Positions 1 through 16,799 of a stretch of DNA of 64,000 bases are shown here, piece after piece. The translations under genes and the position numbers were made by a program. The DNA is from the human T2T-CHM13v2.0 reference genome, Homo sapiens: the NCBI RefSeq assembly GCF_009914755.1, contig NC_060942.1; one strand, 5' to 3'. Position 1 is the stretch's first letter; every line of letters starts with the position of its first letter. Under the pieces are notes generated by a model, which was given only the letters and a program-made list of their open reading frames with translations, was not told the DNA's origin and did no database searches.

Positions 1-270
<270 letters not shown>

Positions 271-1299
271 GGGTCCTATTATCTTACAAACAAAACACAA
301 GGAGGCTATAAAAGAGATGTAAACTGAAGGAAACACAAAAAAAGAAACTAATTCTGCCCGGAGGAGTCAGGAAAGGCTACCCAGGAGAAGAGGTATTTGA
401 GAGCCTTGGTGGACAAAGTAGCAAAAAGAAAAAACAACACTGATAGGGTAGAAATATATATGAATATATATGAAGAACCACTTTCTTCTTCTATAAAGCA
501 TTTCTATAAGCTTATTTGAAGAATACTTTATCCACAGTGGTTTCTCATGATATCTTTTTGTTTCAATGCGCATGAATGTCTAGCCCTTTTCCCAGGAAGT
601 GTTCCCTTACAGCTATATCCGAAATTTCACTTGACATAACCATTTCATTCCTTAAACACACCCACTCCCACACCCACACACGCAATGAGGACAAAATGTG
701 AGGCTTCATTAAATTTATCTCCTTTTAAATAAGTTTACACAATGGAATTTAATCAAATTTGTGGGGAAAAAAATCTGTGTGCTTTATGGAGTTTTATGAA
801 ATGTTTCGTCACTGAGCTTACTGGAAAAATAATTTTCTCAAGCGATCCCAGGGGGGACGCCAGGGGGCTGGAAAAATTCCTCTCTTACACTGCTGGCTCT
901 GCACCAAGGCTTGCTTCACCCACCTTATGAGTAGATTTCCATTGATCTTGCTTATCTGAAAAAGCTTAAAGGGATATGATAAAGGGAAACAGGAAACCAC
1001 ATGGACTTTAGATCTAATGAAGTTATCCCTTTATTTTAAAGTAACACGAGTTAACAACTTTTTAAAAGATTAAACATTTAGTGAAAATATTTTTTAAATC
1101 TTTTAAGAAGAGTAAGTTGAAAAATCTTTTTTTTTCATACCTTCTCAATATCAGGATAGGCTTGATTTCATCTATCGTCATGATTTAGTTGTTAAAATTA
1201 AGCTTCAAATGAAGTGGAGGTTTGTATACTTTTCATTGCTCTTTTCTAACTGTGCATCCAACTGCCTGACATCACTACTGCATCTGAGGCCTGGAGGAG

Positions 1300-2075
1300 G
1301 CACTGGTATAGTAAGTGGAGGGAACAAGGGGACAAAGTGAGTGTGAAGAGGCAGTAGGGTCTGGATCATGTCGAGAGCCTTGAAGGTCCGTGAAGGCATC
1401 TGAGTTTCATTTTAAGTGCAATGAGAAACCACTGAAAAATTCTAGGTGAGGGAATGCGATGATGTGATTGTCAACAAAGGATCACCATGGATGGTGTGTA
1501 CGGGATGAACGTCAGCAGGCCAAGGCTGGAAGCACCAAGATCAGTTAAGAGGCTAGAGGAAAGTAGGTGCAGTGCGGGTCACCATAATGAGAGCTAATAT
1601 CTGCTAGCCCCTTAGTGTGCCTGGCACTGTTTTAAGTACATTACAAATATGTATTAGTTAATTCTTTGCAATGATCCTATGACCCATTTGCAGATGAAGA
1701 AATGAGGCAGAGGAAAGTGAAGTAACTTTCCCAAGAGTAGGGGAATTGGTAGAGCTTTGACTAAGCAAGAGCCTTCAGCTTGAGTACCTATACTTTTAAC
1801 TGCTACCCTCCATTAGTAAAACACAGATGAATTCAAGATATGATTTGAAGGCAGAATGGCCAGGCCTCGATTCTATGTCTCATGGAAATGTCACGAATCA
1901 CTCCTAGTTTCTGGCTTTAGGAGATGAAGAGGTGCCATTTACAAAAATGAGGCCAATTCCAGGAGAAATAGTATCTGGGAGGAAGAGCAAGCATTTGTTT
2001 TTTATACATAAAGCTGACAGCTGAATATGTAAGTCTCTAGCAAGAGATCAAGGCTGGAGATATAAATTTGGGGAC
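1300..2075 (-). mobile_element. L2 fragment containing a MIR (~1585-1800)
   Basis: Purine-rich L2 motifs (GGCTGGAGATATAAATTTGGG); MIR core CCCATTTGCAGATGAAGAAATGAGGCAGAG. Confidence 0.6.
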
Positions 2076-2527
2076 TGTGGCAGTCAGCACAAGGGCTTCC
2101 CCAAGACGTCCATGTCCTTATCTCTGGAACCTGTGAATATGTTACCTTTCATTAATAAAAGGGACTTTGCAGATATGATTAAGTTACGTATATTGAGATG
2201 GGGAGATTATACTGGATCATCTGAGTAGGTCCAACGTAATGCCATAGGTCTTTATAAAAGGGAAGGAGCAAGGCCAGAGTCACGGGCAGTCAGAGAGAGA
2301 CTTCCAGATGGAGGATGGGGCCTTGAGCCAGGGAATGCAGGCAGGTCCCTAGAAGCTAGAAAAGGCAAGGCAACAGTCTCTTCTAGAGCCTTTAGAAGAA
2401 ACACAGCCCTGTGGACACCTTGATGTTGGAACTTCTGACCACCAACTGTAACAGAATATATTTGCATTGTCTACTAAGCCACTAAGTTTGTGGTGATCTA
2501 TTGCAGTAGCAATAGCAGACTAATACA
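2076..2527 (+). mobile_element. MaLR solo LTR (MLT1C/D-like)
   Basis: TG...CA termini, GGGACTTTGCAGATATGATTAAG and AAGCCACTAAGTTTGTGG...TAATACA hallmarks. Confidence 0.82.
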
Positions 2528-3633
2528 GGAATTTCAAGTTAGTATTTAGTTATACAATATTGAAAGTGTAGGTGAAGGAAGCAATAACTAAACAAAAGTC
2601 TCCTTGAGAAGTCACAAGGAGACAGGTACCAGAACAAATGAGGAAGAGATGGCCTTAATGAGGGGGGACCATTTGTTCCCTTGTAATAGAGTGAAGGAGG
2701 AAATGGGGACGGAGGCTGGTGTGTAGAGACTACAGAGGGAAGATGAAGTCATTCCCATATGATGGCTTTGATGATTTCAATGAATTGGGTGGCTAGGTCA
2801 ACAGCAAGTCAGCACTTGACAGGGCATCTGACTCTTCATTTTAATGCAGTTTCTACACTGTGCCAAATTATTCCAAGATTTTTAGTAGGAAATAGGAGTA
2901 GCCACAGAAGGGCTACTGTGTTCATGCAAGTGTAACAAAACTCAGGTGTGCTATTCAAGGCAAGGAGAATATGCTTGGCACCTGACCCTTGCTCCACTTC
3001 CTATAGCCATGGCAGGATGTGCTGATGAGCCCAGGCGTTTGGACTGAGCCTCAGGATCGTTCTCAACACAGCAATCCACAAAGCAGCAGATACTGCAAAA
3101 CAATCTGAACTGGCACTTGAGATGAAATGTATTTGCCAATCCTGATCTAGGGACTATGGTTCTTTTTCTCTCTTCCTCCCGGAGGAGACGACTATTAAAA
3201 TATTACTGAGAAACAGAAAGATAGTGGCTGCTAGACGTCTATCAAGAAGAGAAGGATTAAGGAAACTGTGACATAATTATATCATGGACTTTCATGCAAC
3301 CTTGAAAAAGAGTGGGCTAGAGCTTATAACACTGACAGTAAAGATTTCTAAGACAAGTTGTCAGGAAAAAGCAAGTCCAGGGCAATTACACTGCTCCTTC
3401 CATTCATGACTTAAAAAAAAAATCTATATATATACACAAGCACATATATATGTGATGCTCAAAAAAGGTCTGTAAGAGAGTATATCCGGCTGTTAATCAG
3501 AACCTCTGAGGAGGAGAAGGAGTGCATGATTAACTGGGATAACAGGTGAAGAGAATTTCACTGGGTTCTCACATACTTTTATATGGAATTATTTAGAACA
3601 AACATGGGGTTCTTAAATAAAATTTTTTAAAGG

Positions 3634-3930
<297 letters not shown>

Positions 3931-4814
3931 CATAAAGTTTTATTTTTAAAAAAGAATATATAACATGAGCAACTGAAGTATCTGGGCTCTTTTATATTCC
4001 AAGCTCTATGCATTTAGACCTAGCATCCCTCTTGTAATTTTCCTTTTTGGATGCTCCCCATAGAAGAAGCGCCACTGGACCTGGCACAAGGTGGACATGT
4101 AATAAATGTCAGCAGTCACTCATTCTCCCTCCGACCTCCCTCAGACAGGCTAAATACTTCCCTTGCCTTGTCACTCATTCCATCGATCTCAAATCCTACC
4201 TTCTCTTCCCAACGTGAGTCACTCTGTTCACAAATCCCTTATTTAATTGACAACCCGTCATCATTATAATCTTCTTTGTCCAATTGTTCCCAAATCTGGC
4301 TATGAAAATTACTTCTTCCCTTTCTTTTACTTCTATCAAACCTCTATTAATAATGTTCCTATTTGTCTTAATCAATCAATCACTTCCCCGTCAATCTACA
4401 TTCTACCAACATCATTTTCCATGTACTGTATTACCATACCATTTTCTTTAACTTCCTTAACCTAATCTTCAGTTCTCATCTCTCCTACCTCTCACCATGC
4501 TTCCTCTCTTTCCTGTCCTGTTATGAATTTGATCCTTCACTTCCAATACACCAAGATTTCTTGCATCTGTGATCAAGTGTTGTGAAACTCAGTAACTGTA
4601 TATGCTCACCTATTATATATGCATTTCATTTTCTCCCATACAACAATTAATTTTTCTCAGTCCCACTGATCTCCAACCACCCCCTTCCATGTTCCTTTCC
4701 CTTCTCCCACACACACCTGCCTCAAAAAATTTGAAAGTAAATTCCAAAAAGGTCAAAACTACTTAGCAGTACCTCCTCTCATCCTCCAATCTCCACGTGC
4801 ATTCCCCATTTTTT

Positions 4815-5000
4815 TAGCACTGAGTATCACCAGGCACTGTTCTAACCACTATCTAAACAGAGAAACTCATTTAGTCATCACACGACCTATTGAAATGGAC
4901 ACTATAATTATCCCATTTTAAATATGCGGAAACTATGAAGAGAGAGGTCATGGAACATGCCCCAGGTCACACAGCTGGCTAGTGACAGAAGCTCTGGAGT
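4815..5000 (-). mobile_element. MIR
   Basis: ATTATCCCATTTTA...GAAACT...CCCAGGTCACACAGCT. Confidence 0.65.
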
Positions 5001-5545
5001 CCATGCTCCTTGCAGAAATGCTATGCCACCCTTTAGTGTGTGTTTCTGAGGCAAAGTTAAACACCTCCTCTTCTCTGCTCCAGACACATGGTGGTCTCAC
5101 CTCTACTGTGGCACTTAGCATACTGTGCTATCACCAAGCACTTGCGCTTCGTTACCTGTATTCTTTATATAAAGACCTCTTTGAAGACAGAAACTGTCTG
5201 TCTGTCTCTCCTTACAATATGTGCTAATGCCTGGCACTAGGAAATGGTCACCCAGTAAAGGACAAATCAAATGTGGGCAGTTTTAACAGCACTCTAACCT
5301 AGCCTAGAATACATCTTCAGTATAGGCAGAGACTGTGATGAATTTCATTCCACACTTTCAGACACCAGCCTTAATAACATGACACACAAAAAATCTGGGG
5401 AGCTATACCAATACATCGCTATCTGTTTATTCCAGGAAACTCTAGGTGACCTCTGCTCTAAGGTGGTGGACTCAAGGGGACATTGCTCATTTAGGTGGTG
5501 GACTCTAAATCACCAACAATGCAGAGGGAAGGATCCCAGAGTTAC

Positions 5546-5708
5546 CTGACAGCGCATCATAGAACTCGTCCTCGCTAAGGATGCTGGCGGGTGGAGAGCC
5601 TTTCACCAGAGACTGCTCTAATTCATGATGTTCAGTGGCCAGCGTCTCCAGTGCTTCTGACAAGATTTTGTTTTTTTCTTGCTCTTGTTCCAATTTAAAA
5701 TTCCTCAC
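5546..5708 (-). CDS. OSBPL1A: OSBPL1A internal coding exon (163 nt), coiled-coil region plus FFAT motif
   Basis: Translates VRNFKLEQEQEKNKILSEALETLATEHHELEQSLVKGSPPASILSEDEFYDALS, recognised as ORP1L. Acceptor ttttcttctag|GTG at 5709/5708 and donor CAG|gtaact at 5546/5545. Confidence 0.96.
5547..5567 (-). other. OSBPL1A: FFAT motif coding sequence (EFYDALS), VAP-binding ER contact motif
   Basis: GAG TTC TAT GAT GCG CTG TCA, preceded by acidic SED. Confidence 0.93.
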
Positions 5709-6243
5709 CTAGAAGAAAACAGATATACAGAAAAGACTTCAGAGTGACAGGAGACACAGACGTACTCAGAGGATGTGAAAATTAATTGCTTTTGATCCAG
5801 TTCAACTGCAATATCAGAAATGAAAACAGTCGTGTCACATGTGCATGGATGAATGAGCAAAATTATTAAACTAATTTTGTTCTTCCCATGGGGCCTTTTC
5901 TGGCAACAGCTTAGCTAATGAAAATAGATTCAGAACTAGCAAATAAATTCAGCTCAAATGATCAGGATCCTGGCATAAGAACATCAGTCAATTCAGAAAT
6001 CATACAATTCTTTTTAAACATAAAGAATATTTCTCTCTCAACATTAAGTACACAGTTAAAAAAAACAGTTTCAGCAAGTCTTGGAACAAAAATTTTAAAA
6101 AAATTCTAAATATTAAAAAGCAAACTACATCAAAGCATAAAATATAATCCCTCAGTTTACTCCCAAAATAGTTGGTAATAGTTGGTATATCAAATGAAGG
6201 GAAACAGGTTGCCTGGTAATGACTACAAACATTCTATTTTTCA

Positions 6244-6551
6244 TTTTTCTCTTTTTTTTTTTTTTTTTTTTGAGATGGAGCCTCATTTTGTCGCCTAAGC
6301 TGGAGTGCAGTGGTGCGATCTCGACTCTGAAACCTCCGCCTCTTGGGTTCAAGCTATTCTCATGCCTCTGCCTCCTGAGTAGCTGGGATTACAGTTGTGC
6401 ACCACCACACCTGGCTAATTTTGGTATTTTTAGTAGAGATGGGGTTTCACCATGTTGGCCAGGCTGGTCTTGAACTCAGCCCCTCAAGTGATCTGCCCGC
6501 CTGGGCCTCCCAAAGTGCTGGGATTACAGGCCTGAGCCACCATGCCTGGCC
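6244..6551 (-). mobile_element. Alu (S-like)
   Basis: Reverse Alu, TSD CTATTTTTCATTTT. Confidence 0.93.
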
Positions 6552-7229
6552 TATTTTTCATTTTCCAATTCCATATTTTGGTTTCAACTCCACATTTTAC
6601 CTTTAACTTAGTATACTAAAAAAGTCAAAAGATTATCAAAAAGGCAAAGCCTGGTTTGATTTTTTTACTGTTTGAAGTTACAATCTATTCCTCCTGTCTA
6701 ATGCAGCAGTATCTGAACCTTTTGGTTGACCAAAACCCTCTAGAATTCAAGTCACCTAATCCTTATAAAATAGCATGTACTGGATTTGATAGGGACAGTT
6801 TTGCCTATTTTCATATCAGTAGTCCGGAAATCACTACTATGCCTTAATCTTGCTGGATTTCTGGAGCCAATGTGCACTATAGACAGACAGGAGGCAGAAA
6901 AGCAGGGATCCACTGGTAGGTAGCAGCAGCGTCTTCTCAGAAGTCTCTTGTTCGTTAGTTTCCTCTCCTATAAGAGGTTTCTGCTATCACCTAATAATCT
7001 AATCAGAAGTCTTCAACATAGTGGTCTTCAAACTACTTTTTTTTTCTACTTTAGCAGCGGAACCTATTTCTCAACTGTAATCCCAACATATAAAATAGAA
7101 GTTTTCGAAAGCAGTTGTGCACTGGGTGACACTGAATGAAGCAGAAGCCACACTCCTTTCACTTTCCCTTCCCTCCCAGAGGTCCCCTCTAGGGCCCAAA
7201 CCCAGGTGGTATCCCAACAGTTTGAAAAA

Positions 7230-8693
<1,464 letters not shown>

Positions 8694-9334
8694 GAAAAGC
8701 ACTGGATGGAGTGACATCCAAAACCTCCTCTAGGTCACACTTTCCATCTTGAGGTTTTGGGAACTGTGGCCCCTCTCACAAATCCTGCATTACTCACTGC
8801 CAAATCTAACCCTTTTACCTCTTGACACTCCCTCTCCCATGCTCCTCCCCACAGCCCCCAAGGATGAAGGCTCTTCTCTGTTCTGTGGCCCTGAGTTCCT
8901 GCCAGCTGCACATCAGGTACAACACTCTAAGGTCTTAGACATAGCTTAAGATACAGTTTTACTGAAATGTTAAGTTTATAGCAGAAACAAGGTTAAACCC
9001 AAGTTCCAGTCCTCAGGCACTTTAGTGTTTATCAATACAGCAGGCAGATTATTATTATTACAGCTGTGATAATGAAATAAAAATCGCAATAAATGGTAAG
9101 CAATCAAGATCAGAAGAGACATGAAAAATTGAAAAACAAATTACTCATGTAATTACAATTTTTAGAAAATCTGAAAAATACTTGCAAATATTCCTATAAT
9201 CTAAATTGTATCTCCAGAAGAGGAAATAAGCATACTAAGGCTAGAGTCAACTTAAAAAAATAAATAAAAAGCTGTCCTACTTCCATCAGATGGGTTAAAC
9301 ACTTCATTTCTCTATTATATAAACAAGGACTACA

Positions 9335-9576
9335 TGAGGCGGGCAGATCACTTGACTTCGAGACCAGCCTGGCCAACACAGCGAAACCCCATCTCTACTG
9401 AAAATACAAAATAAGCCAGGCGCAGTGGCAGGAGACTGTAATCTCAACTGCAGAAGGCTGAGGCAGAAGAATCGCTTGAACCCAGAGGTGGAGGTTGCAG
9501 TGAGCTGAGATCACGCCGTCGCACTCCAGCCTGAGCAACAGGCGAGATTCTGTCTCAAAAACATAAAAAATAAAAA
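9335..9576 (+). mobile_element. 5'-truncated Alu
   Basis: Perfect 16-bp TSD ATAAACAAGGACTACA (9319-9334 / 9577-9592). Confidence 0.92.
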
Positions 9577-11429
9577 ATAAACAAGGACTACAAAATTGAG
9601 CAATGTCCAAAATGATCCTTTCTTTGAAAAGATCTCTCAGCACTGTTATATTTGTAGATTCTAAAATCAACACTGCAAGAAAATCCAAATTCTTCACCCC
9701 TGCCTACCCCATCTCTTTCCCCTTTTTAGCTTTTCCAATATCAAAATGTAAATTTGCTGTTGACACCATATCTTTAAATATAAGAATTAACTAAAGTATC
9801 CTATTTAACGAGTACATACATTTTAATACCTAAATTCATCTAGATTTCAGCAAAGTAGCAAGATAAATGATAGAGGCCCATAAATATCCAGTCCCCTCAA
9901 AAAAATCTTATTCAAAATGCAATCTACCCGTTACCCACCTAAAATAAGCACCACTTAGCTGCTACCGCATTCACATCTGTTCTCACTTGTTCTTGAGAGA
10001 CAGTAAAAGGGGTTGGAAACAGGACAGGAAGAGACTGAGGCTCTAGCCACATTCTATTTCTTACTTTGTTTTCATCTTTCAATTGATCTGAGTGTACTTT
10101 TATTAGTTTCAAGCCTAACAGGATTTTCTGCACTGAAGATACCTTCTTATAAAATAGCCACAAAATGGCAATTTCTCCTGTCATGTAAGTGATGTATATG
10201 AGAGAGTAACTACACATCACAGAAAATGCACTGGTAATGAGTTTTCTTGATACTTTAGAGAAACATCTGAAAGCATGCTTAAGTGCCATTAGTACTTTTT
10301 GGTCAGAAGGATCACTGAAACGATGTAATTCCAGATCCTCTACAGTCTCCACATTTCAGAACACCTAGGGGAAATCCTGCACTAAAAAATTGGTGTAGAA
10401 CTGCTAAAAAAGATATGCAAAGTGCAACTTCATAAAATATTCACCTTACTTTTGAACTGTTTCCAAATTCTTAGTTGCAAGCTTAGAAACTATGGTGTAA
10501 CAGAAACAGTGCCTTCTGCGCAATCTCTTAATGTCTTTGTAATTCCAGGCACAAGGCTTCACTTCTATTATGTATCAATATGTGAATATTGATTACTAGA
10601 TTTTTTAAATTCTCAAACAATAATCATCACCCTAGTTATTACTAAAAGAATAAATAACTTCCTTCACAGAACTAGTGGGTCCCAACAGATATGTTTATAA
10701 TTATTAGATTATAATTGTATATGTGTTTATACATTAGAACTTTTCTAGAATAAGGCTGAAATTTTACCTTTCAAATTCGCATATGGAATATACACCCTCA
10801 GTCCAATGACTTTCCCATGACAAAAATCAACATACATTCAAGTTAACAAAAATGTTGCACTTTTTATTAAGAAAAGCTTAAGGACTGAACCACCATACGC
10901 TTAACAGTAAACATACGCATTGATCTGTGTCTGTAGCCCCTTAAAATACAAATGTAAGCCTTTCCAGTAATCTGTCTCCTCAAACCACTTCAATATGGCA
11001 GTCTCTCATTTCACTCCCTTTCAGGCCAGAAGGCAAAATCCATAGTGGCTATTTCCAAAGTGAATGGGCGCCAGCAAGAGAATGCAGAGTTTTGAAAACA
11101 GTCATGTGCTAGCCAGCTACGACACATTCACCTACGCTCTCATTCTAGAAAGTGCCCCGTTACTTACCTGTGTTTCACAGGGGTTACATAAGGCAGAGTA
11201 ATTCAATCTGGCAAAGACACAGCACTAAGTGGGGAATAAGTGATTATTATTCACAGAACACTGTGTGCAATCAGCCAGTTATAAGATAGGTACAATTCTG
11301 ACCTTGATGATCAGTCTTCCAACTGGCCACACTCTGGTCAGTTCAACAGGATAAGCCTTACTCTTTCCTCTTCGCTAGTGCATGGATGGCTACAATTAAC
11401 AAAATGTATTAGAGACTGAAATATTAGAA

Positions 11430-11720
11430 TTTTTTTTTTTTCTGAGACAAGGTCTCGCTCTGTCAACCACGCTGGAGTGCAGGCTCCATCATGGCTCGCT
11501 GCAGCCTCAAACAATCCTCTTGACTCAAGCGATCCTCCTGCCTTGGCCTCCCGAGTAGTTAGAACTAAAGGCATGCACCACCATGCCTAGCTAATTTTTT
11601 TTTCGGCAGAGACGGGTCTCCCTACGTTGCCCAGGCTAGACTCAAACTCCTAGCCTCAAGTGATCCTCCTACCTCTGCCTCCCAAAGTGCTGAGACTAGG
11701 TGTGAGCCACTGCACCTGGC
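11430..11720 (-). mobile_element. Alu (J-like)
   Basis: Reverse Alu. Confidence 0.9.
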
Positions 11721-12243
11721 TGATGCTTATTGCTGTGGCTAGAGGACCAACAATGTTCTCACTTCAAAACTTTTTTCAAGGTATGTGCTTTTAGGTGACT
11801 CCCTGCTGTTGACACACAGCTGATAAAAAGTATGGGTCTGATGATTACAGCTAGTAAGAGCTCTTCTGCACACAAGTCTGACTATTATATTGTTAAGGTA
11901 GAGGAGGATGGAGCTCCCATGTGGATGCAAATGGTCAATGTTACTTCTGAAACCATGGCCAGGCTGAATTACTCTCTCACCTCCAGGGTCCAGGGAAGTG
12001 AAGCTTTGACCTCCTGTCTCAGGCAGGATGGACATGTGTCTTCATTATAGTATAGTATACTCTTGCTTTGTTTTATAGATTTACAAAATACCTTTGCTCA
12101 CATTCAATTTCAGAGTTTTCATTGACTCTCTAATGTCCTCCTTCCATCTCATCTCATCACTGCCTTTTCAAATGCAATTGATTTCCCTATGCTCCTGAAA
12201 CCTTTTTCAGTCCTTCCTAGCACTAAACAATGACACTCATTTA

Positions 12244-12587
<344 letters not shown>

Positions 12588-12840
12588 TTAAGAACTAAGA
12601 ATAAAGCCACCTAAGGGACCGAGGCAGATTTACCTGATGGGAGGAAACTGAAATGAGTAAGGGATGTGCACAGGGCTTGCAAACCACAGCTGAAACTCTG
12701 GTTTTGACTCTGAGTGAAATGGGAAGCCAGTGGAGGAGGGGAAGAAGTAACATTATTTTATTTACTTTTTACTATGATCCCCATGGTTATAATGCTGAAA
12801 AGGGGATGGAGGAGCCAAGAGTAGAATAAAAGAAGATCCC

Positions 12841-13217
<377 letters not shown>

Positions 13218-13762
13218 TCAGATTCTGGATATATTTTGAAGGCTCAAATGATTTGCTGACAGACTGACTATGTGATATAAGAAAAAAAGGAAATCAAGGA
13301 CGACTCCATGTTTTGGCTTGGGCAACTACAAGGACTGTGTCTCAAAAATTAAATAAAATTAAGTTTTTAAAATTAAATTTTAAAACTAGAAATAAATAAA
13401 ATTAAAAGACTAGATAGCAACATTAAGGGAGAAAGTGAGACAGAAATGTGAAGGAAGCCATGGACTGAACCCTAGCAGAAATGCTGAGAAAGAGTCAGCA
13501 AAGGAAACAAAAAAGAGAGAGACAGAGAGAGGTAAACCAGTTGTGTGTGGTGTCTTGGAAGCCTCAAAGAGGTATTTCAAGGAGGAAAAAGTGATTAACT
13601 GTCAAACACTGATGAGAGATCAACTGCTTCAAGAACTAAGACAAGACCACTGTACTGGCGATGTGAAGGTCAAGAGTGAACTTGACAAGGGCAGCTTCAG
13701 TGAAGTGTTGTGAGGATGCTGGAGGCGATGCCCTATGGGTCAAGAGAGATAAGAGAGAGTGA

Positions 13763-14102
<340 letters not shown>

Positions 14103-16462
14103 TACAAGAGGACGCTGGTTACAGAGGTTATTTTAAAAACTAAAAAAAGAATAAAATTCTTTTAAAAAAATAATTTCTGCTCAAAAAAGGAGGAGAAAGG
14201 TAGGGCAGTTGCTGGAAGGGGTTGTGGGGTCAATGAAGTTTTCATTATGGAAGACAACCCGGGTTGCTTTTACATGGATAGAAAAGGTTCAACTGAGATG
14301 GGATTATGTTTGCAGAAGTGAGAGGGGAGAATTGCTGGAATAATGTTCTTGACTTTGTCAAAAAGGGAGGAGATCTAATCCACTAGTATACAGCTGGCCT
14401 TTGCTAAAGGCTCAGACAGTCCATCCTTAGTTGCAGGAGAAATGCAGTGAGTATGGTGCACAGATTCAGATAGATGAGTACGTGTAACCAAGTTTTCTTC
14501 TAATTGCTTCTGCTATCTCAGAGCATATAAGGAATACAGAGAATAAGAAACAGACAAAGATGTCCTCAACCTAATTGATTCCAACAGGTGATGAAGTAAG
14601 AAGCCTCTAGTCTCTTGACATTATACATAAGTTCATCCTGAGATTAGAAATGAAACGAGTCTCAAGGCCCTACAAAGCCTCATGAGCACTAACTTGATCA
14701 GCCCAACACATTTTCCCATTGGTTATAGCTGACTGTGATTGGCCTGTGGCACCACTAAAAATGCCCCTTTCTTACAGGCATTGCCATCTTCTTCAACCTG
14801 GTTCAAGCAAAGAAAAGGAAATGCCACTCAGAATGACCTCTGCATATCTCTTCACTCAAGCTCCTCCATGGGAAAGAAGATAAGAACTTGTCTGGTTTTT
14901 GACGTACTGACCATGCTAAAAATAGAATGGCCTCAATGAAGCTTGTTCAACATCACTTTCTGCTAACAATCTGTTAGATCGATTACTTCCAAACTGTACC
15001 TTCAGACATTTAAATCAGGGTAGAATTTGGAGATAACCCCAAATCTAGGACAGAGCCCCTAAATACTTGGGGGAACAGAAGAAAGACTTGGTAAATAAAT
15101 AGGGCATTTTATAAGCAAGGTGATAATGATACTTGGAAGAATCAATATAAACCCAGAATATTTGACACTTATTTTTGTCAGAATGATTTAAAAATAACTT
15201 CTCATAAAATCAATGGAAGACTAGCACTATACACAAATGACAATTTAACAAATACGTTTTAGTTTTTACATGTCTTTTACAAAGCAGATAAGATGAACGC
15301 GTCTTCTGAAACAAAAGTCGTGTTCACTCCCACGGTATGCTACCAATAGTGGATTCAATACACATTTACTCCAATGCTTTGTTAATGGCTCTGGCATTTA
15401 AAATAATTTGATGCAAGTCTCACAACAGTTTGCTCTTCAACTGCAAAGTTGAACTACTTAATGCTGGTTATAACTCTCATATGAGGAACTTCCACAGAAA
15501 TTTAAAATTTCCATTACCATGTACAGTTTACAATCCAGAAGTCGCACTTAGAGGATTATATTCCTAAAAGTACTATGCACGTCCATGTGTCATTTCCAAA
15601 TTTTTTCAGATTATGGTATAATGTATTTAAAATTTCAAAAGGGTTTTATGTATCATCATGTAAATTAAAAAACAATGTTGGCAGAGCAAGATGGCGGAAT
15701 AGAAGCTTACATCCTTTGTACCCCTCACAGGAACACCAAATTGTAACAAGTATCTGCACACAGAAAAGCACCATCACAAGAACCAAAAATCAGGTGAGCA
15801 ATCACAGCACCTGATTTCATATTTCTGAAAAAGGTATTGAGGAGGGTCCAACAGACAGTCTTGAATCACCAACACCAACCCTCCCCTATCCCCTGGCAAC
15901 AGCTGTACAGCATGGAGAGTATCTGCACTTGCAGAGTACACCAACTGGGGGACATTACATTGAACTCATTGCTCCCCTGTCATAGTGGCAAGCAAAGCCA
16001 GGCTGGGCTCACCCAGCACCCACACACACAGGAGCATTTGGACCAGCCCTAGCCAGAGAATCACCCATCTCAGTGGTCAGAACTCGAGTTTGTTGGCAAG
16101 CTTCGTCACCCGCGGCCAAAGTCCTCTGGGGGGTCCTAGGTAAATTTGAAAGGTGGTCTAGGACACACGGACTGCAATTCCTAGGCAACTTCTAATGCTG
16201 GGCTGGGCTGACAGCCAGAGGACTAGGTGGCACCTGACCTAGGAAGTCACTGGCCAAGGTGGCTAAAGGAGTGATTGCACCATCCCTCCCCCAACCCCAG
16301 GCAGCACAGCAGACAGCAATGAAAGTGTCTCTTTCCTTCTGCTTAAGGAGAAGAGGGCGAAGAGTAGAGAGGACTTTGTCATGCATCTAGGATACCAGTT
16401 CAGCCAGCCATAGCAAGATAGGACGCTGGGCAGAATTGTGGGGCCCCCATTCCAGGCCTTAG

Positions 16463-16799
<337 letters not shown>

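Noticed and set aside
5505-5545. C-terminal GNSGILPSALLVI of the 67-aa ORF
   Set aside because: Read-through past the GT donor into the intron.
9939-10352. 137-aa minus-strand ORF in unique sequence
   Set aside because: Non-ATG start, no resemblance to ORP1 or known domains, no convincing splice flanks.
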